From assembly GCF_963921235.1 (NCBI RefSeq), contig NC_086097.1, positions 153,328,001 to 153,392,000 of the forward strand: a stretch of 64,000 bases of DNA, in the 5' to 3' direction. Source of the stretch: Mobula hypostoma (lineage: Eukaryota). The stretch's first letter is position 1, and the number at the start of each line of letters is the position of its first letter. The notes beneath the pieces were generated by a model. It was given only the letters and a program-made list of their open reading frames with translations, did not search any database and was not told the DNA's origin. A program made the position numbers and the translations under genes. Positions 25,296-38,049 of this stretch are shown here, piece by piece.

Positions 25296-25689
25296 CACCC
25301 AGTACTCACTGTTTATGAATGCATGAATTTCAACCATTTTCTCCCTTATTTTTAACTCAACCATCTCTCTCCCCTTCCAAAGAGAGAAAAAAAGCATTCT
25401 GCACTTCAACAGGTAGGTAGTCATCTTGGATTCATTTTAAAGCTTCTTCATTGCCATTGTTATTTTTTGTGGCTTCAGATGGTAATTGAAAGTAAAACAC
25501 AGGAGCCAGTGTGTTGGTGTACTTAGTTTCTCTTTAGTGAAGCATGCACATATGATATGGTGCCATAATGCTGCATGCCATTCTTACATATAACCTGTAA
25601 TGAATTATGTAAAGAAAGAATGCTTAATAAATCAATATATTTACAACATTACTGAAACATTAAATACACTACATTTCCCATTATACTAT

Positions 25690-26030
25690 TAGTTAAAATT
25701 AAGGCCATTGAGACGGAAGCAGATGGACGAAGAGCAATACAAACTACCAGATTGAAATGAGGTACTGCTGCGACTATGTCTCACTGAAACATGGCTTACA
25801 CATGCTTTCCTGACCGTGCTATACAAACTGACGGTTTATTGATTCACCGGATGGATTGCACAGCACCTTCAGACAAAGTTAGAAACAGAAGGTTCTGCTT
25901 TCATAGTCAAAAACTCAAGGTGCTCAGGACTGACAGCCTTGGCAATTCCTGTTCATGCAGCTTGGAGTTCCTCATGATGAAGTGCAACTCATACTGCATG
26001 CCATGGGAGTTCACTTCAGTTATCCTGACT
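25690..26030 (+). mobile_element. Rex1/Babar APE-endonuclease region fragment
   Basis: CLTETWL...PDRAIQTDGLLIHRMD. Confidence 0.6.
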
Positions 26031-27050
26031 TGGAGGACTTGGAGAGTAATGATAAAATAAGTATAAGTCATCGGGGTTTCTGTCAAGGGAAATCTTGCCT
26101 GACAAATTTGTTAGAGTTCTTCAAGGAAGTAACAAGCAGGGTAGACAAAGGAGAGGTTCTAGATGTCATTTACTTGGATTTCCAGGAGGCACTTGATAAG
26201 GTGCCACACATGAGGGTGCTTAACAAGATAAAATCATATGGCATTAAAGGAAAGATACTGGCATGGATAGGGGAATGCTTGACAGGCAGGAGGCAGCCAG
26301 TGGGAATAAAGGGGGCCTTTTCTGGTCGGCTGCCAGTGACTAGTGGCATTCCTAAGAGGTCAGTATTGGGACTGCTGCATTTCCCATTGTTTGTCAGTGA
26401 TTAGGATAATGAAATTGATGGTTTTGTGGCAAGGTTTACAGTGATACAAAGATAGATGGATTGTAGGTAGTGCTGAGGAAGTAATATGATTGCAGCAGGA
26501 CTTAGACAAATTGGAAGAATGGGCAAAAATGTGACAGAGGCAATACAGTGTTGGGAAATGGACGATCATGCATTTTGGTAAAAGGAACAATAATGCAGAC
26601 TGTTATATAAATGGGGATAAAATTCAAACATCAGAGGTGCAGAGGGACTCGTGCAAGACTCCCAGAAGATTAATTTACAGGTTGGGTCTGTGGTAAAAAA
26701 GGACGAGATAGGGTGGATGTGGAGAGGATGTTTCCCATGGTGGGGATATCCAGAACTAGATGGTACAGCCTCAGAATTGAGGGATCACCTTTTAGGGGTA
26801 AGGAGGATTTTTTTTTTAGTCAGTGAGTAGTGAATCTGCGGAATGCCCAGACACAGACTGCAGTGGAGGCCAAGTCCATGGGTATATTTAAGGTGTAAGT
26901 TGATAGTTTATTTGATCAGTCAGGGCATCAAAGGATATGGTAAGAAGGCAGGGGTTCAGTAGCATCTGGGATCAGCCATGATGGAAGTGTGGAGCAAACT
27001 CGAAGGGCTGAATGGCCTAATTATGCTCCTGTGTCTAATGGTCTTAAGGT
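26030..27050 (+). mobile_element. CR1 RT and 3' fragment with internal deletion
   Basis: SCLTNLLEFF...DVIYLDFQEALDKVPH; tatgctcctgtgtctaatggtctta tail. Confidence 0.92.
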
Positions 27051-27064
27051 CTTATTGACTACAG

Positions 27065-28010
27065 CTCCAGCTTCAGTACTAAATTCCAGGCAAATTCATC
27101 ACCAAGCTCCAAAATCTGGGAGTCAACACCTTCCTCTCAACTGGATCATTGACTTCCTGACCAGTAGACCAATCAATAAAGATAAGCAGCAACTCCTCCA
27201 GCACAATTATTTGCAATCTTGGTGCTGTACAGGCTGTGTCCTCTTCTCCTGTTTGACTCATTATATACTCATGGCTGTGTGACCAGATTCTGCTCTAAAT
27301 CCATCTACAAGTTTGTAGATGTTACCTCTATAGTGGTCCATGTCTCAAATAACAGAGTACAGGAAGAAGATAGATGGTGTACTAACATGGTGTTATGACA
27401 ACAATTTTACCCTTAATGTCAGCAAAAGAGCTGGTCATTAACTTCACAAAGCGGTGTGGTGCAAATGCTCCTGTCTACATTAATGGTGCTGAGGTTGAGA
27501 GCTTTAACTTCTGAGGAGTGAACATCACTAATCGTTCAAACAAGTAGATGCCAACAGAGCTCACCAATGCCTCAACATCTTCAGGGGGCTAAAGAAATTT
27601 GGCATGTTTCTATTGACCCTTACCAACTTTAATTATGTGCCACAGAAAGCATCCTAACTGGATGCATCATGCTTGTAATAGCAACTTCTCTGCCCGTGAC
27701 TGCAAGAAACTGTAGAGAGTTATGGACAGAGCTCAGAACAAGGGCAACTTCCACTCCACTGCTGTAAGACTATTGAATAGTTCCTCAATGCAGTGGACTC
27801 TTGATCTCACATTTAATATCATTATGACCTTGGACCTTATTGTCCGCCTGCACTGCACGTTTTCAGCATGGGTTACACTTAATTCTTCATTCTTTTATTG
27901 TTTTCCCTTGTACTACTTTGATGTATGGTGCTGTGAATTGATCTTCATGATTAGTATACAAGACAAGCTTTCCACTGTACCTCAGTACATATGACAATAA
28001 TAAACCAATT
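27065..28010 (+). mobile_element. Degraded Rex1/Babar RT and 3' fragment
   Basis: LNWIIDFLTSRP; IYKFVD; aataaaccaatt tail. Confidence 0.8.
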
Positions 28011-28689
28011 CTAATTCATTAGTGCTCTCAATTGGCCTAAAGAACCTGTCACCAAACAACTCTAGTTCAGATTTCACAAGGACAACTTGGCCCTAGACCT
28101 AACTTTAACCTTAATCCTATCATAAGTAAAAGAACTGAATTCCAGAGGCAAAGTTTGAAGACAGCATTTTAGTGGATTTGCCTCATTTTGTAGTTCCATT
28201 TATGGACGAAACTCACTAATCCCATTTGTGATTCAGCAGGATGATAGTTGATTGTTGAAGTATCATTAAGACTACCTAAGACACTTCTCGTTTCAATCAG
28301 CCAAATAATTATGGACCGGAGCCATTCTCTCCCTGTTTCTGCTTCATCCAAGATAATGAAATGATGTGCTACCATAAGCTGATAATTTTTCTGCACAATC
28401 TGAGTTGAATCATTCTCAAAAAACAGGAAATAAATCAAACAGGTTAACTTTGTGAATAGTTGAAGAACTATCATGAAGGACAACATAATTCTTAATGATA
28501 ATAACAGACTAGGAAACTTTATTTTGTTAATGCAGTGGTTCCCAATCTTTTTTTATGACATTGTCTTATATTATTAAGCAAGGAGTCCATGAATCCTCAG
28601 GTTGAGAATGCCTGTGTTAACGTGCATTTATAAAATGAAGGGAGAAGAGAGAAGGAGGAAGTATAGAATTGATGTAAGGGATGTTGTCA

Positions 28690-30640
28690 TGGACTTTATA
28701 AAAACAAGTATGTCTTCCCAAGCAGAAGCCCTGGATGAACTATGAGTTCGCAATCTGCTGAAGGTCAGATCAGTGGCATCCAGGTCTGATGACTAAGTAA
28801 GATACAAGAGGTCCAGGTACGATCTCTGGAAAGCCATCCCACGGGTGAAGTGGCAATTCCAGATCAAACTGGAATCACTGACAGCTGAGGCAGGGTGTCA
28901 ATACTATTCTCTTACAAAGTGAAACCAAGTTACATAGATGACAACAAACTTCACTCCCAATTTAACTCCATTCCTTCTATACTCACTTTGACTGTGAAAA
29001 TATGGAGGCATGTTTACAAAATCCTCCCTCCACACCCCCACCCCATGACTTTGTGAACTCAGTTTCTGAGGCCGTCATGAGCAGATCCTTCAGGAGGGTT
29101 AAACCCCAGAAAGCATCCACCCAGATGAGGAACCTCTCTGAGTACTAAAGACCTATGTTGATGAATTGGTTGGAGTATTCAATGATATCATCAACTTCTC
29201 GCTTCAGCAGTTTAAGGTATCCACATGCTTCATGTAGGCTTCAATTAAACTAGTACCTAAGAAGAACACAGTAACCTGTTTGAATGACTATCATCCGGTA
29301 GCACTTACATCTACTCTGATATAATGCTTTGAGAGGTTGATGTTGAAACTTATAAAATGTCTGAGAAGCAAATTGGATCTGTTCCAATTCGCCTACTGTC
29401 ACACAATGTGGGAACATCTGCAGGTTGAAGATACATACATCAGGATGCTCTTCATCGACTACAGATTGGCATTCAAAACTATCATGCCCTCAAAGCTGAT
29501 AAATAAACTTTAAGATCTTGGCCACAGTACCTCTTTGGACGACTGGAAACTCCATTTTCTCACTTGCAGATCCCAGTCATTTTTGATCATCAAAAATATT
29601 TCCTCCAGGTGCACCACAATGCTGTGTGCCTAGCCTCATGATCTATTCACTTTTTCTTATGACTGTAAGGTTAAGCACAGCTCCAATGCCATACTTAAGT
29701 TTGCTGATGACACCATTGTCATTGGCTGAATTAAAGGTGGTGATGAATCAGCATATAATAGGGAGACTGAAAATGTGGCAAAGTGGTGCAACAACAACAA
29801 CCTCTCACCCAATGTCAGCAAGACTAAAGAGCTGATATTGACTTCAGGAAGAAGAAACCAGATGTCTATGAGCCAGTCCTCATCAGGGAATCAGAGGTGG
29901 AGAGGGTCTGCAACTTTAAGTGTTATTATTTGAGAAGATCTGTGCTGAGTCCAGCACATATGTGCTAATGCAAAATGCTTCTACTATCTTAGAAGTTGGC
30001 GAAGATTCAGCATGATATCTAAAACTTTGTCAAACTTCGATAGATGTGTGGTGGAGATCATAATGACTAGTTGCATCATGTTTGGTACGGAAACACCAAT
30101 GCACTTGAACAGAAAGTCCTACAAAATAGTGGATAGAGTGCAGTCCATCATGGTTAAAGCTCTCTTCGGTATTGAGCACATCTACATGGCACGCTGTCAC
30201 AGGAAAGCAGCATCCATCATCAAGGACCACACCATCCAGGCCATGCTCTCTTCCTGCTGCTGCCATCAGGCAGAAGGTACAGGAGACTCAGGACTCACAC
30301 CACCAATTTCAGGAGCAGCTATTACCCCTCAACCATCAGGCTCCTAAACCAAAGGGGATAAATTCACTTGCCCTATCACTGAACTGTTGTCACAATCCAT
30401 AGACACACTTTCAAGGATTCTTCATTTCATGTTCTTGATAATTATTGCTTATTTATTTTATTTGCACAGTTTGCTGTCTTTTGCACACTGGTTGTTTGCC
30501 TGACCTGTTGGGTGTGATCTTCCATTGATTCTATTGTGTTTTGTGGATTTAGTCTGTATGCCTTCAAGAAAACAAATCTCAGGGTTCTACATGGTGACAT
30601 ATATGCACTTTGATAATAAATTTATTTTGAACTTTGAACT
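28690..30640 (+). mobile_element. Degraded Rex1/Babar LINE
   Basis: LNDYHPVALTS, MLFIDY, KFADDT; tttgaactttgaac tail. Confidence 0.9.
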
Positions 30641-31444
30641 AATAATCTTAGGGTATTTTAACCCAGTTTGGCAAATTCATCTAACACAGAATTCACACAT
30701 GTTGGGTCACCTCAAAATGAATCAGGATCTTATGTGGCTTACACCATATTTAATTAAACTGAATGGTGCTATAATTTATCACATTCACCTATAATTTCAA
30801 AGTACACCTGTGTCCTTTCCTTAGATTTCAGTTTTAGTGACAGTATTTCACCTAGTTCTTGATTTTTCTGGGCAAATCTTTTATTGACTCTTTTGATCTC
30901 CATTTTAAAGGCTTCTGCTGCTGTAAATTGTATTATAAAACTGTGTAGCACCTTAAAGAAGGTGAAATTAAAATGTATTAATGTAATAATACAAGTAATA
31001 TCAAAAATTTTCCAGTCCAATACCACCAAAATCTCAAGGATACTGGATTATTGGAATGTTGCACCATTTGAATTTGAAGGGATGTATAAAGAGAAGCTAT
31101 TTATTTTAGTTTGAAGGAGGAGAGAAAACAATTAAACACAAGGAGACGTCATCTTAAAATGGGGACAGAAATATTCAAGAAGGTCTTTCACAGAAACTTA
31201 GTAGAAGCTTAGAGCTCAATTTTCTAAAAACCATGGATTCTAAGAAAATAGAAATTACTGAAGCTGAAATTCATAGTATTCTTTAGTTTATTCAAAGGGT
31301 GCTGAACATAGATGAACAAATGAGTTCCAGAGTAGATCAGCTGTGGAATATATGATCATATTTAGTTTTGTTACTTTAATTCAGTTTACTAGTTATCCTC
31401 CAGGATCTTTGAGATTGATACTGCTAAAAATACAGATCTATCAT

Positions 31445-32666
31445 TGGGCTCCAATCTCCAGTGAACTCTGCCAAGAGCAGGTGATCCCTCCAGGTGGTTG
31501 GGTTGCCTGATACAAGGCACCTCATGGTCTTCTTCAGGTCCTGGTTGCGAATCTCCATCTTATCGTTGGACTGGAGGTGAAATCTCGATGATGGACTGAC
31601 AGTAGTTCCAATGAGCTGACAGAACGCCTTTCAGAAACAGGAGGAAATCTGAGGACCTCAGTCAAAAACAATATTATGGGGAGAGCCGTGTACTCTAAAC
31701 ACGTTTTTCAGCATAAGCCCGGCCATCTCCCAAGTTCAGGGGAGCTTGGGTAGAGGTACAAAGTCACAGGCCTTGGAGAACCAGTCCACCACTACCATAA
31801 TTACAGTGTTAGCTCACGATGATGGCAGGCCAGAAATAAAGTCCATTGAGATATGGGACCAGGGATAGGAATGAATGAGCAGTGGGTACAGTAGCCCCTC
31901 TGGTCAAAATCTGGGCACCTTGTTCTGGCTGTAGATGTGAGAGGCTGCAATGAATGTTTTGACATCCCCATCCATGCCTGACCACCAGAGCCATCTCTTA
32001 ATGAACTCCGCCATTCAAGCTGTTTACGGATGTCCTGTGATGTGTGATGCCTGCCTCCACTGTAACAGATCTGAAAGGCCAAAGTTAGAAGCACAAATGC
32101 GACCCGGTAGGTCATTACCTGGGTTTCCCTCCTACTGTTCTGCTTTCCTGATTATAAACTCAACCTCTTATCAGATCAGTGCCGCTAGCCTGGGTCTCAG
32201 GAGATGGGTTCTAGGATGGTGACCACTGTGACCTCCTGGCTGGCTAGCACTGATAGGAGATTTTCATACTTTGCTGGGTCCATAAATGGCTCAGTCTTGC
32301 TATAACAGGGGTGGTTGCCAGGCCTTGTTTAATCCACAGCTGTTACGTGAAGTCCCATATCTTCAGCCAGTGGTTTACTAGGAGAGGTTTAGGGCTGGTG
32401 AGCTAAAGTGCAGAGGAGACCAGAGAGAAACATGGATATGAACAAAGGATCTTTACTTGTGGATTGATTTGTAGAGAGCACTGACTGGGGCTCAGGAGCA
32501 AGCAAAGACACAGAAACCAAAGGAAACCTATTCAGACAAACAGGAAACAAGTGCACTGATAGCTGAAACAAGACACAGGTGAAAGTAATCAACATAATCA
32601 AGGGAGGAGGAGCATCAGAGCCTGGAGGACTCTGGCACCCCCAGGTGGCTAGACCAAGGCATGACA
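31445..32666 (-). mobile_element. Internally deleted chromovirus-type Gypsy relic (5' LTR, gag start, integrase)
   Basis: LTR about 32301-32666; gag ATG at 32283 reading MDPA; integrase PWSHISMDFISGLP...VVVDWFSKA. Confidence 0.8.
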
Positions 32667-32829
32667 ATCTACTTATTTGTGATTTTTGCATTTTTACAGA
32701 TAGTATTCTTTTGCACATTGGTTGTTTGTCATTCCTTGTTTGTGTGTAGTTTTTCATCGATTCTATTTCATTTCTGTGTTCTACTGTGAATGCTCACAAG
32801 AAAATGAAAATTTTCTTTGAGTGCTGAAC

Positions 32830-33100
32830 TTTGAGAGGGGGTTAAGCTCAAAGGAAAACTGTAGGACAAGGTTTTTACACAGCGAGTCATGGGTGCCTGG
32901 AATGCACTACATGGGTGATGGTAGAGGAAAACACAATAGGTGCATTCAAGATTTTCTTAGATAAGCACATAATATGCAGGAAATGGAAGGATTTTGTGCA
33001 GGGAGAAGGGATTATTTCAGTGCGCATTTGATTTCTAAATTCATTAATCTGGCACATCATGGGCTGAAGGGTTTATTCCTCTGCTGTACTATTATATGCT
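32830..33100 (+). mobile_element. CR1 3' tail
   Basis: tttttacacagcgagtcatgggtgcctggaatgcact...gggctgaaggg. Confidence 0.75.
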
Positions 33101-33109
33101 ATATCCAAT

Positions 33110-33245
33110 CACAAACAAGAGAAAATCTGCAGATGCTGGAAATCTGAGCAACACACACAGAAAGCTGAAAGAACTGAGCAGGCCAGGGAGCATCTATGAA
33201 AAAAAGTACAGTTGACATTTCAGGCCGAACCCCTTTGGCAAGACT
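33110..33245 (-). mobile_element. Penelope-like terminal fragment
   Basis: aaatctgcagatgctggaaat...gttgacatttcaggccgaaccc; decayed hammerhead. Confidence 0.75.
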
Positions 33246-33475
33246 ATGCCCTTTCCTCTGGAGCCAAGGTGCAAAACACTAAACCAACAGTCACACACAG
33301 CACATGGCGCATATAGTTCAAATAACTACAATAGCAGAAAGACATACGTTCACAATATATACTGTGTCTATATGTAGCCCAAGTCCCCGAGTATCATAGC
33401 TTGTAGGTTTTTGATGCAGCAGTTCTCATCGTGCTAATCAAATTATCACTTTTATAATTATTGCTTTATGGCTTT

Positions 33476-33943
33476 TACAGAATCAGGTCTGGGATAAAGG
33501 TATTTCTCTGTAATGATTTGCAACTTCATGGCATGTTATTGTTTTAGCACACTTATAGTCTTCATAGTCTTCAATGTCCAGCAGTAACAGTGTAGCTGGA
33601 TTCACAACTGCTTGTTGAATAATGATATTAGATGCTTCAAGAACAGTAGACCACTTGTACCACCGAACAGCTGTTACTTGAAAGATCCGTTCATAGTCAG
33701 TAAAGTGTATGGACATCAGACATTTAAAATTTGATCCAGCACAATGCTAGAAAGTGCCATGACTGCTAGATAAGTTGCCTACACTGTCCATGAACACAGA
33801 GCTCATCCTAATTATACATTATCAAATTTGGCAGAGTAATTACCATCAGGATGCTATGGTTCTCCATGTTCTTGAGTTAAGACTGCCATCATGTAGCCAT
33901 GTTTTTCATTGACATACAGGGCAAAATAGTCTTCCTGTAGTGG
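33476..33943 (-). mobile_element. Endogenous retrovirus pol fossil (class I, gamma/epsilon-like; RT connection/tether region)
   Basis: Manual translation FALYVNEKHGYMMAVLTQEHG..HP..YSAKFDNV*LG*ALC...VTAVRWYKWSTVL...VVNPATLL...EIPL is collinear with MLV pol FELFVDEKQGYAKGVLTQ...YLSKKLDPVAAGWPPC...LNPATLLP. Confidence 0.82.
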
Positions 33944-33949
33944 GATGTG

Positions 33950-35520
33950 TGAGCTCCTGGACAAATTCTAAAGACATGTGCTGATGAACAGGCTGGAATG
34001 TTCACTGATATCTTTAATCCTTCACTTCAGCAGTCTGAGGTACCCATCTGCTTTAGGAGGTTTTGATTAAACCAATGCTTAAGAAGAACATGGTAACTTG
34101 CCTCAAGGACTATCATCCAATAGCATTTACATTCACTGTGATGGAGTGCTTTGAGAAGTTAGTGATGAAACATATCAACTCCTGCCTGACAAGCAACTTG
34201 AATCCATTCCAATCTGCCTACCATCATACCAGTTCAACAGCAGAGGCCACTTCTTTGTCTCTTCAATCAACCCTGGAATTTTTGGATGGTGAAAATGCGT
34301 ACATTAGGATGCTCTTCATTGACTTCAGCTCAGCATGCTATTGCTCTCATCCCCTCAGAACTCATCAATGAGCTCTAATTCCTGGGCCTCATAGAAACAT
34401 AGAACATTGAAGTCTACAGCAGACCCACTGCTCTCTGTGAGAAACTTACCTCTGACATCCCCCTTGTACCTACTTCTAAGTACCTTAAAACTATGCCCCC
34501 TCGTGTTAGCTATTTCAGCCCTGGAAAAAAGCCTCTGGCTATCCACATGATCAATGCCTCTCATCATCTTATGCCTCAATACATCCTTGTACAATTGGAT
34601 CTTCAATTTCCTCACTGTAGACTCCAGTCAGTTCAGATTGGCAACGATATCTCCTCCATGATTTCAATCAGCACAGGTGCACCTCAAGGCTCTATGCTTA
34701 GTTCCCTGCTACACTCACTTTATACTTATGACTGTGAGGCTAAGCACAGCTCCAATGCCATACTTAAGTTTGCTGGTGACTCCACTGTCATCAGCCAAAA
34801 CAAAGGTATTGACAAATCAACATATAGGAGGGAGATCAAAAAACTGTCTGAGTGGTGCCACAACAACAACCTCTCACTCAATGGCAGCAAGACGAAGGAG
34901 CTGATTACTGACAACAGAAGAAGGAAAATGGAGGTTCATGAGCTATTTCTCATAGGAGGAGCAAAGGTGAAGATGGTCAGCAATTTTAAATTCCTTGGTG
35001 TTAGCATCTGAGAGCATCTGTCCTGGGTCCAGCATGTAAGTGCCATTACAAAAAAAAACACGGCAGCACATTTACATACATTCAGTATGTCATCTAAAAC
35101 TTTGCCAGACTTCTATAGATGTGTGGTGGAGGTTATTTTGACTGGTTGCTTCATAGCCTAGTATGGGAACACCATATACTTAAGTGGAAAAACCTATAAA
35201 ATGTAATGGATACATGTAAAATCTGCATGAGTGCTCTCACAGAAAAGTGACATCCATAATCAAGAACCCTCAATGTCCAGGCCATGCTGTCTTCTTGCTG
35301 TGCCATCAGAAAGTAGGTACAGGAGCTTCCGAACCCATACCATCAGGTTTATTGACAGTTACTACCTCTCAACCATCAGGCTGTTAAACTAGATGGGATA
35401 ACTGAACTTCACACAACTTCACTCAGCCCAAAACTGAACCAAACACAACCCTACAGTCTCACTATCAAGGAATCTTCATCTCATGTTCTCAATAGTTATT
35501 GCTTATTTATTATTTTTTTT
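33950..35520 (+). mobile_element. Rex1/Babar LINE, interrupted by a CR1 piece
   Basis: [28 protein letters not shown]. Confidence 0.9.
34390..34570 (-). mobile_element. CR1 3' fragment
   Basis: RGIDHVDSQRLFSRAEIANTRGHSFKV; catagaaacatagaa tail. Confidence 0.85.
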
Positions 35521-35878
35521 CTCAGCTCAAGCTGATAAAACTTGATTGACGGGCATAGCCAAGTATTTTCATTTGTCAAATGCTCGGAACTTTCGGACTA
35601 TCCTAGTGGTGTTTAATATTGTGGCTTCCTGAAGATTTACATGGATATTTCTGTGTAGTCCTAATTGTCAAATGCTATTGTGTAGTGCCTTTGGGATGAC
35701 ACCAGTTGTAGATATTACAATCAGGACAATGTATACCTTGTTTATGTTCCAAAGTCTTTCTATTTCCTCTTTTAAATCACCATATTTCTGGTGTTTTTCA
35801 CTGCTTGATTTCTGTAAGTTGTGTGTGTTTGGAATGGCTATATCTTTAAATAAGCTGTTCTTGCTTGTTTATCCTGAA
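35521..35878 (-). mobile_element. R4/Dong-type element, 3' fragment (copy 2)
   Basis: Aligns to 12005-12280 and to the tail at 9858. Confidence 0.8.
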
Positions 35879-35894
35879 TTATTATATTATTATT

Positions 35895-36130
35895 TTCAGC
35901 TGAAACTGGTAAAACCTGTGGTACAAACACAGCTAAGCATGCTCATTTGTTAATTGCTAAGAACTTTTGGACTATTCTAGTGGTAATATTGTGGCTTTCA
36001 GAAGATTTACATAGGTAAGTGTTTAATGCTATTGTGTAGTGTCTTTGGGATGACACAAGTTGTAGATATTACTGTTCGGGCAATGTATACCCTGCTTATG
36101 TTCTATAGTCTTTCAATATTCACTTTTAAT
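35895..36130 (-). mobile_element. R4/Dong-type element, 3' fragment (copy 3, tandem)
   Basis: ttcagctgaaactggtaaaacctg tail like 9860-9885; body like copy 2. Confidence 0.8.
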
Positions 36131-38049
36131 GATGAAGTAGCATCAGTGGCATGACTGCCCTCTTTAAGGTCTCTGCTCAGCTTTTTTGATTTTGCTTCGG
36201 CTTGCTTCTAAGCTCTGTACAATGTACTTCAATTGAATTATAATTGTAATGTTTTTTGGCTTGTTTGGTTAATGCCAGCATTTGCTCTTTAGACTTTTTA
36301 CTGTCTCTTACATGTTTTTGTAGTTTATTGCATGTTTCATGTTTCGATCAAACCAACCTTGTGTTCTTACCTTTAACTCACACATTCCAGGTTTTTCCTT
36401 TTCCTCCGGCATTCTCTGGATCTTATTACATACCTTCTCAATAAACTTAACATTATTGGAATTTTCATCTGGATTTTCCTTTCATTAATGTCATCAAACT
36501 GAGATATTTTATTCAGGTAAGAGCTCAATTTCATGACTTAGGCCTTTATCTTAATTATTTGTACTTTTTTATTACTTTAACTGTGATTAATTAATTGCAA
36601 TCAGTAGATTGTCCCATAACCAAAGTATTAATGGATTAAAAACAAAAGATTGCACAAATGAAGTTTCAATAGATTGCCATGCAATTGAATTTTCAATAAA
36701 CTGTCCTGCAACTGAAATATTTTCTCCCATATCCCACCAAGCACAGTATTAATTTCAGTGGTCATCTTGATCTTTACAGATCTATTTTTGTTTAAATAGC
36801 AACGTAGTAGTTTCCTCACTCCTACATCCATCCAATGATTTATTGAAGTTAGAACTAAGTATTCTGTCAAACATTCTGGGCATTCAGCAGCACTTACCTC
36901 TTTTGTTTACACACTAAAGATTTCTACTTCATCTGGGACTCTTCCAAGTCCCTAAATCTTTACAATCATCCCTGCTGACTTCAGCAAGTTGTTGGATTCT
37001 GGTGTTTTTGTTTCAAGACACTTTCAGAAGTCAATTAAAACTTGTTGTTTCACAATCATTTTATTAAACTCTAATAGAATAAAGAGAATTGGAAAGGCAG
37101 AGTTGCAAAAGCCTAGTAGCTAAGAACAAAAAATAGAAAGATTAAAAAAAAATGCAGGGCAAATTGTTCAGTTCTTTTTATACCAAAAATAAGAAGCATA
37201 CCATTTCAAATTTGTAGATAAATGTTAACCAATCAGATATACCCTATTCAAATCATGCAACACTAGAACTTTCCAGAATGATATAAAGAACTGTAACCAT
37301 TAGATGATACACTAAACAATTACATATGCATACTGTGACCAGTAGGACACATACTAAACAGCTACATGTATATAAGTAGCTATATAAAAAGAAAAGCAAT
37401 TAACTTGTAAGCTGCAAAGAAAACAATAACTTAACAGTCTAATCCAACAGGTACAAGCAGTAATAGAGGTGCTCAGGACCAGTGTTTAAAACCAATGTTA
37501 GGTTGACATCATGAAGTAAGATGAGCAGCGTGCTTTATGATGATTCTCATCATTTAATTCAGCTTTGCCTTTGTAGAAGTTTGTTAGAGATACACCGTTG
37601 AAAGTATCCTGACAGGATCAAAGTAATTCCAAAGAACAGGCATCAGCATCTGGATCAGTGTAGCTCACTTGGAAAACTAAACTTCATCGAAGATGTACAC
37701 CCTTTCACCACTGTGCACTGGGGCTTCTACACCTACCATCTACAAGGAGCATTATAACAACCCATCAAAGTATCCTTTGATTCTACTTCTCAAATCTGTG
37801 CTAGCTGCCTTCTTGAAAGACTAAGATAATAAGAACAAAGGAGCAGCCGAGTCTTCAAGTCACACACCACACTGAGCATGATAGGACTTATCAAAACTCT
37901 TCATCATCACAGGGTTAAGCTAGACTTGCATCTGATGCATCCAGCTATCATATCAATAAGGTCATGTAAGGAATTAAATATACTGTAACAATAGGTAATA
38001 TTGCAAAATATAACATTTGAAATTGAGTCCACTTAATTAACCTAAGAGA

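Larger units (their letters stand above)
20906..25673 (-). mobile_element. Decayed Gypsy LTR retrotransposon (Mag/K02A2.6-like) with both LTRs
   Basis: LTRs at 25458-25673 and 20906-21045; PBS-like tggcaatgaag; PPT-like aaacagggagg; gag (IEQYFIEN..., LRDHLVCGI, CYCCGRGSHKPDLC), RT QCYLDNIII, RNase H LKLACNALPYGIGAI, integrase RIHMDFAG. Confidence 0.9.

Noticed and set aside
25144..25424. Poly-Ile, membrane-like ORFs
   Set aside because: Translations of the (ATT)n microsatellite
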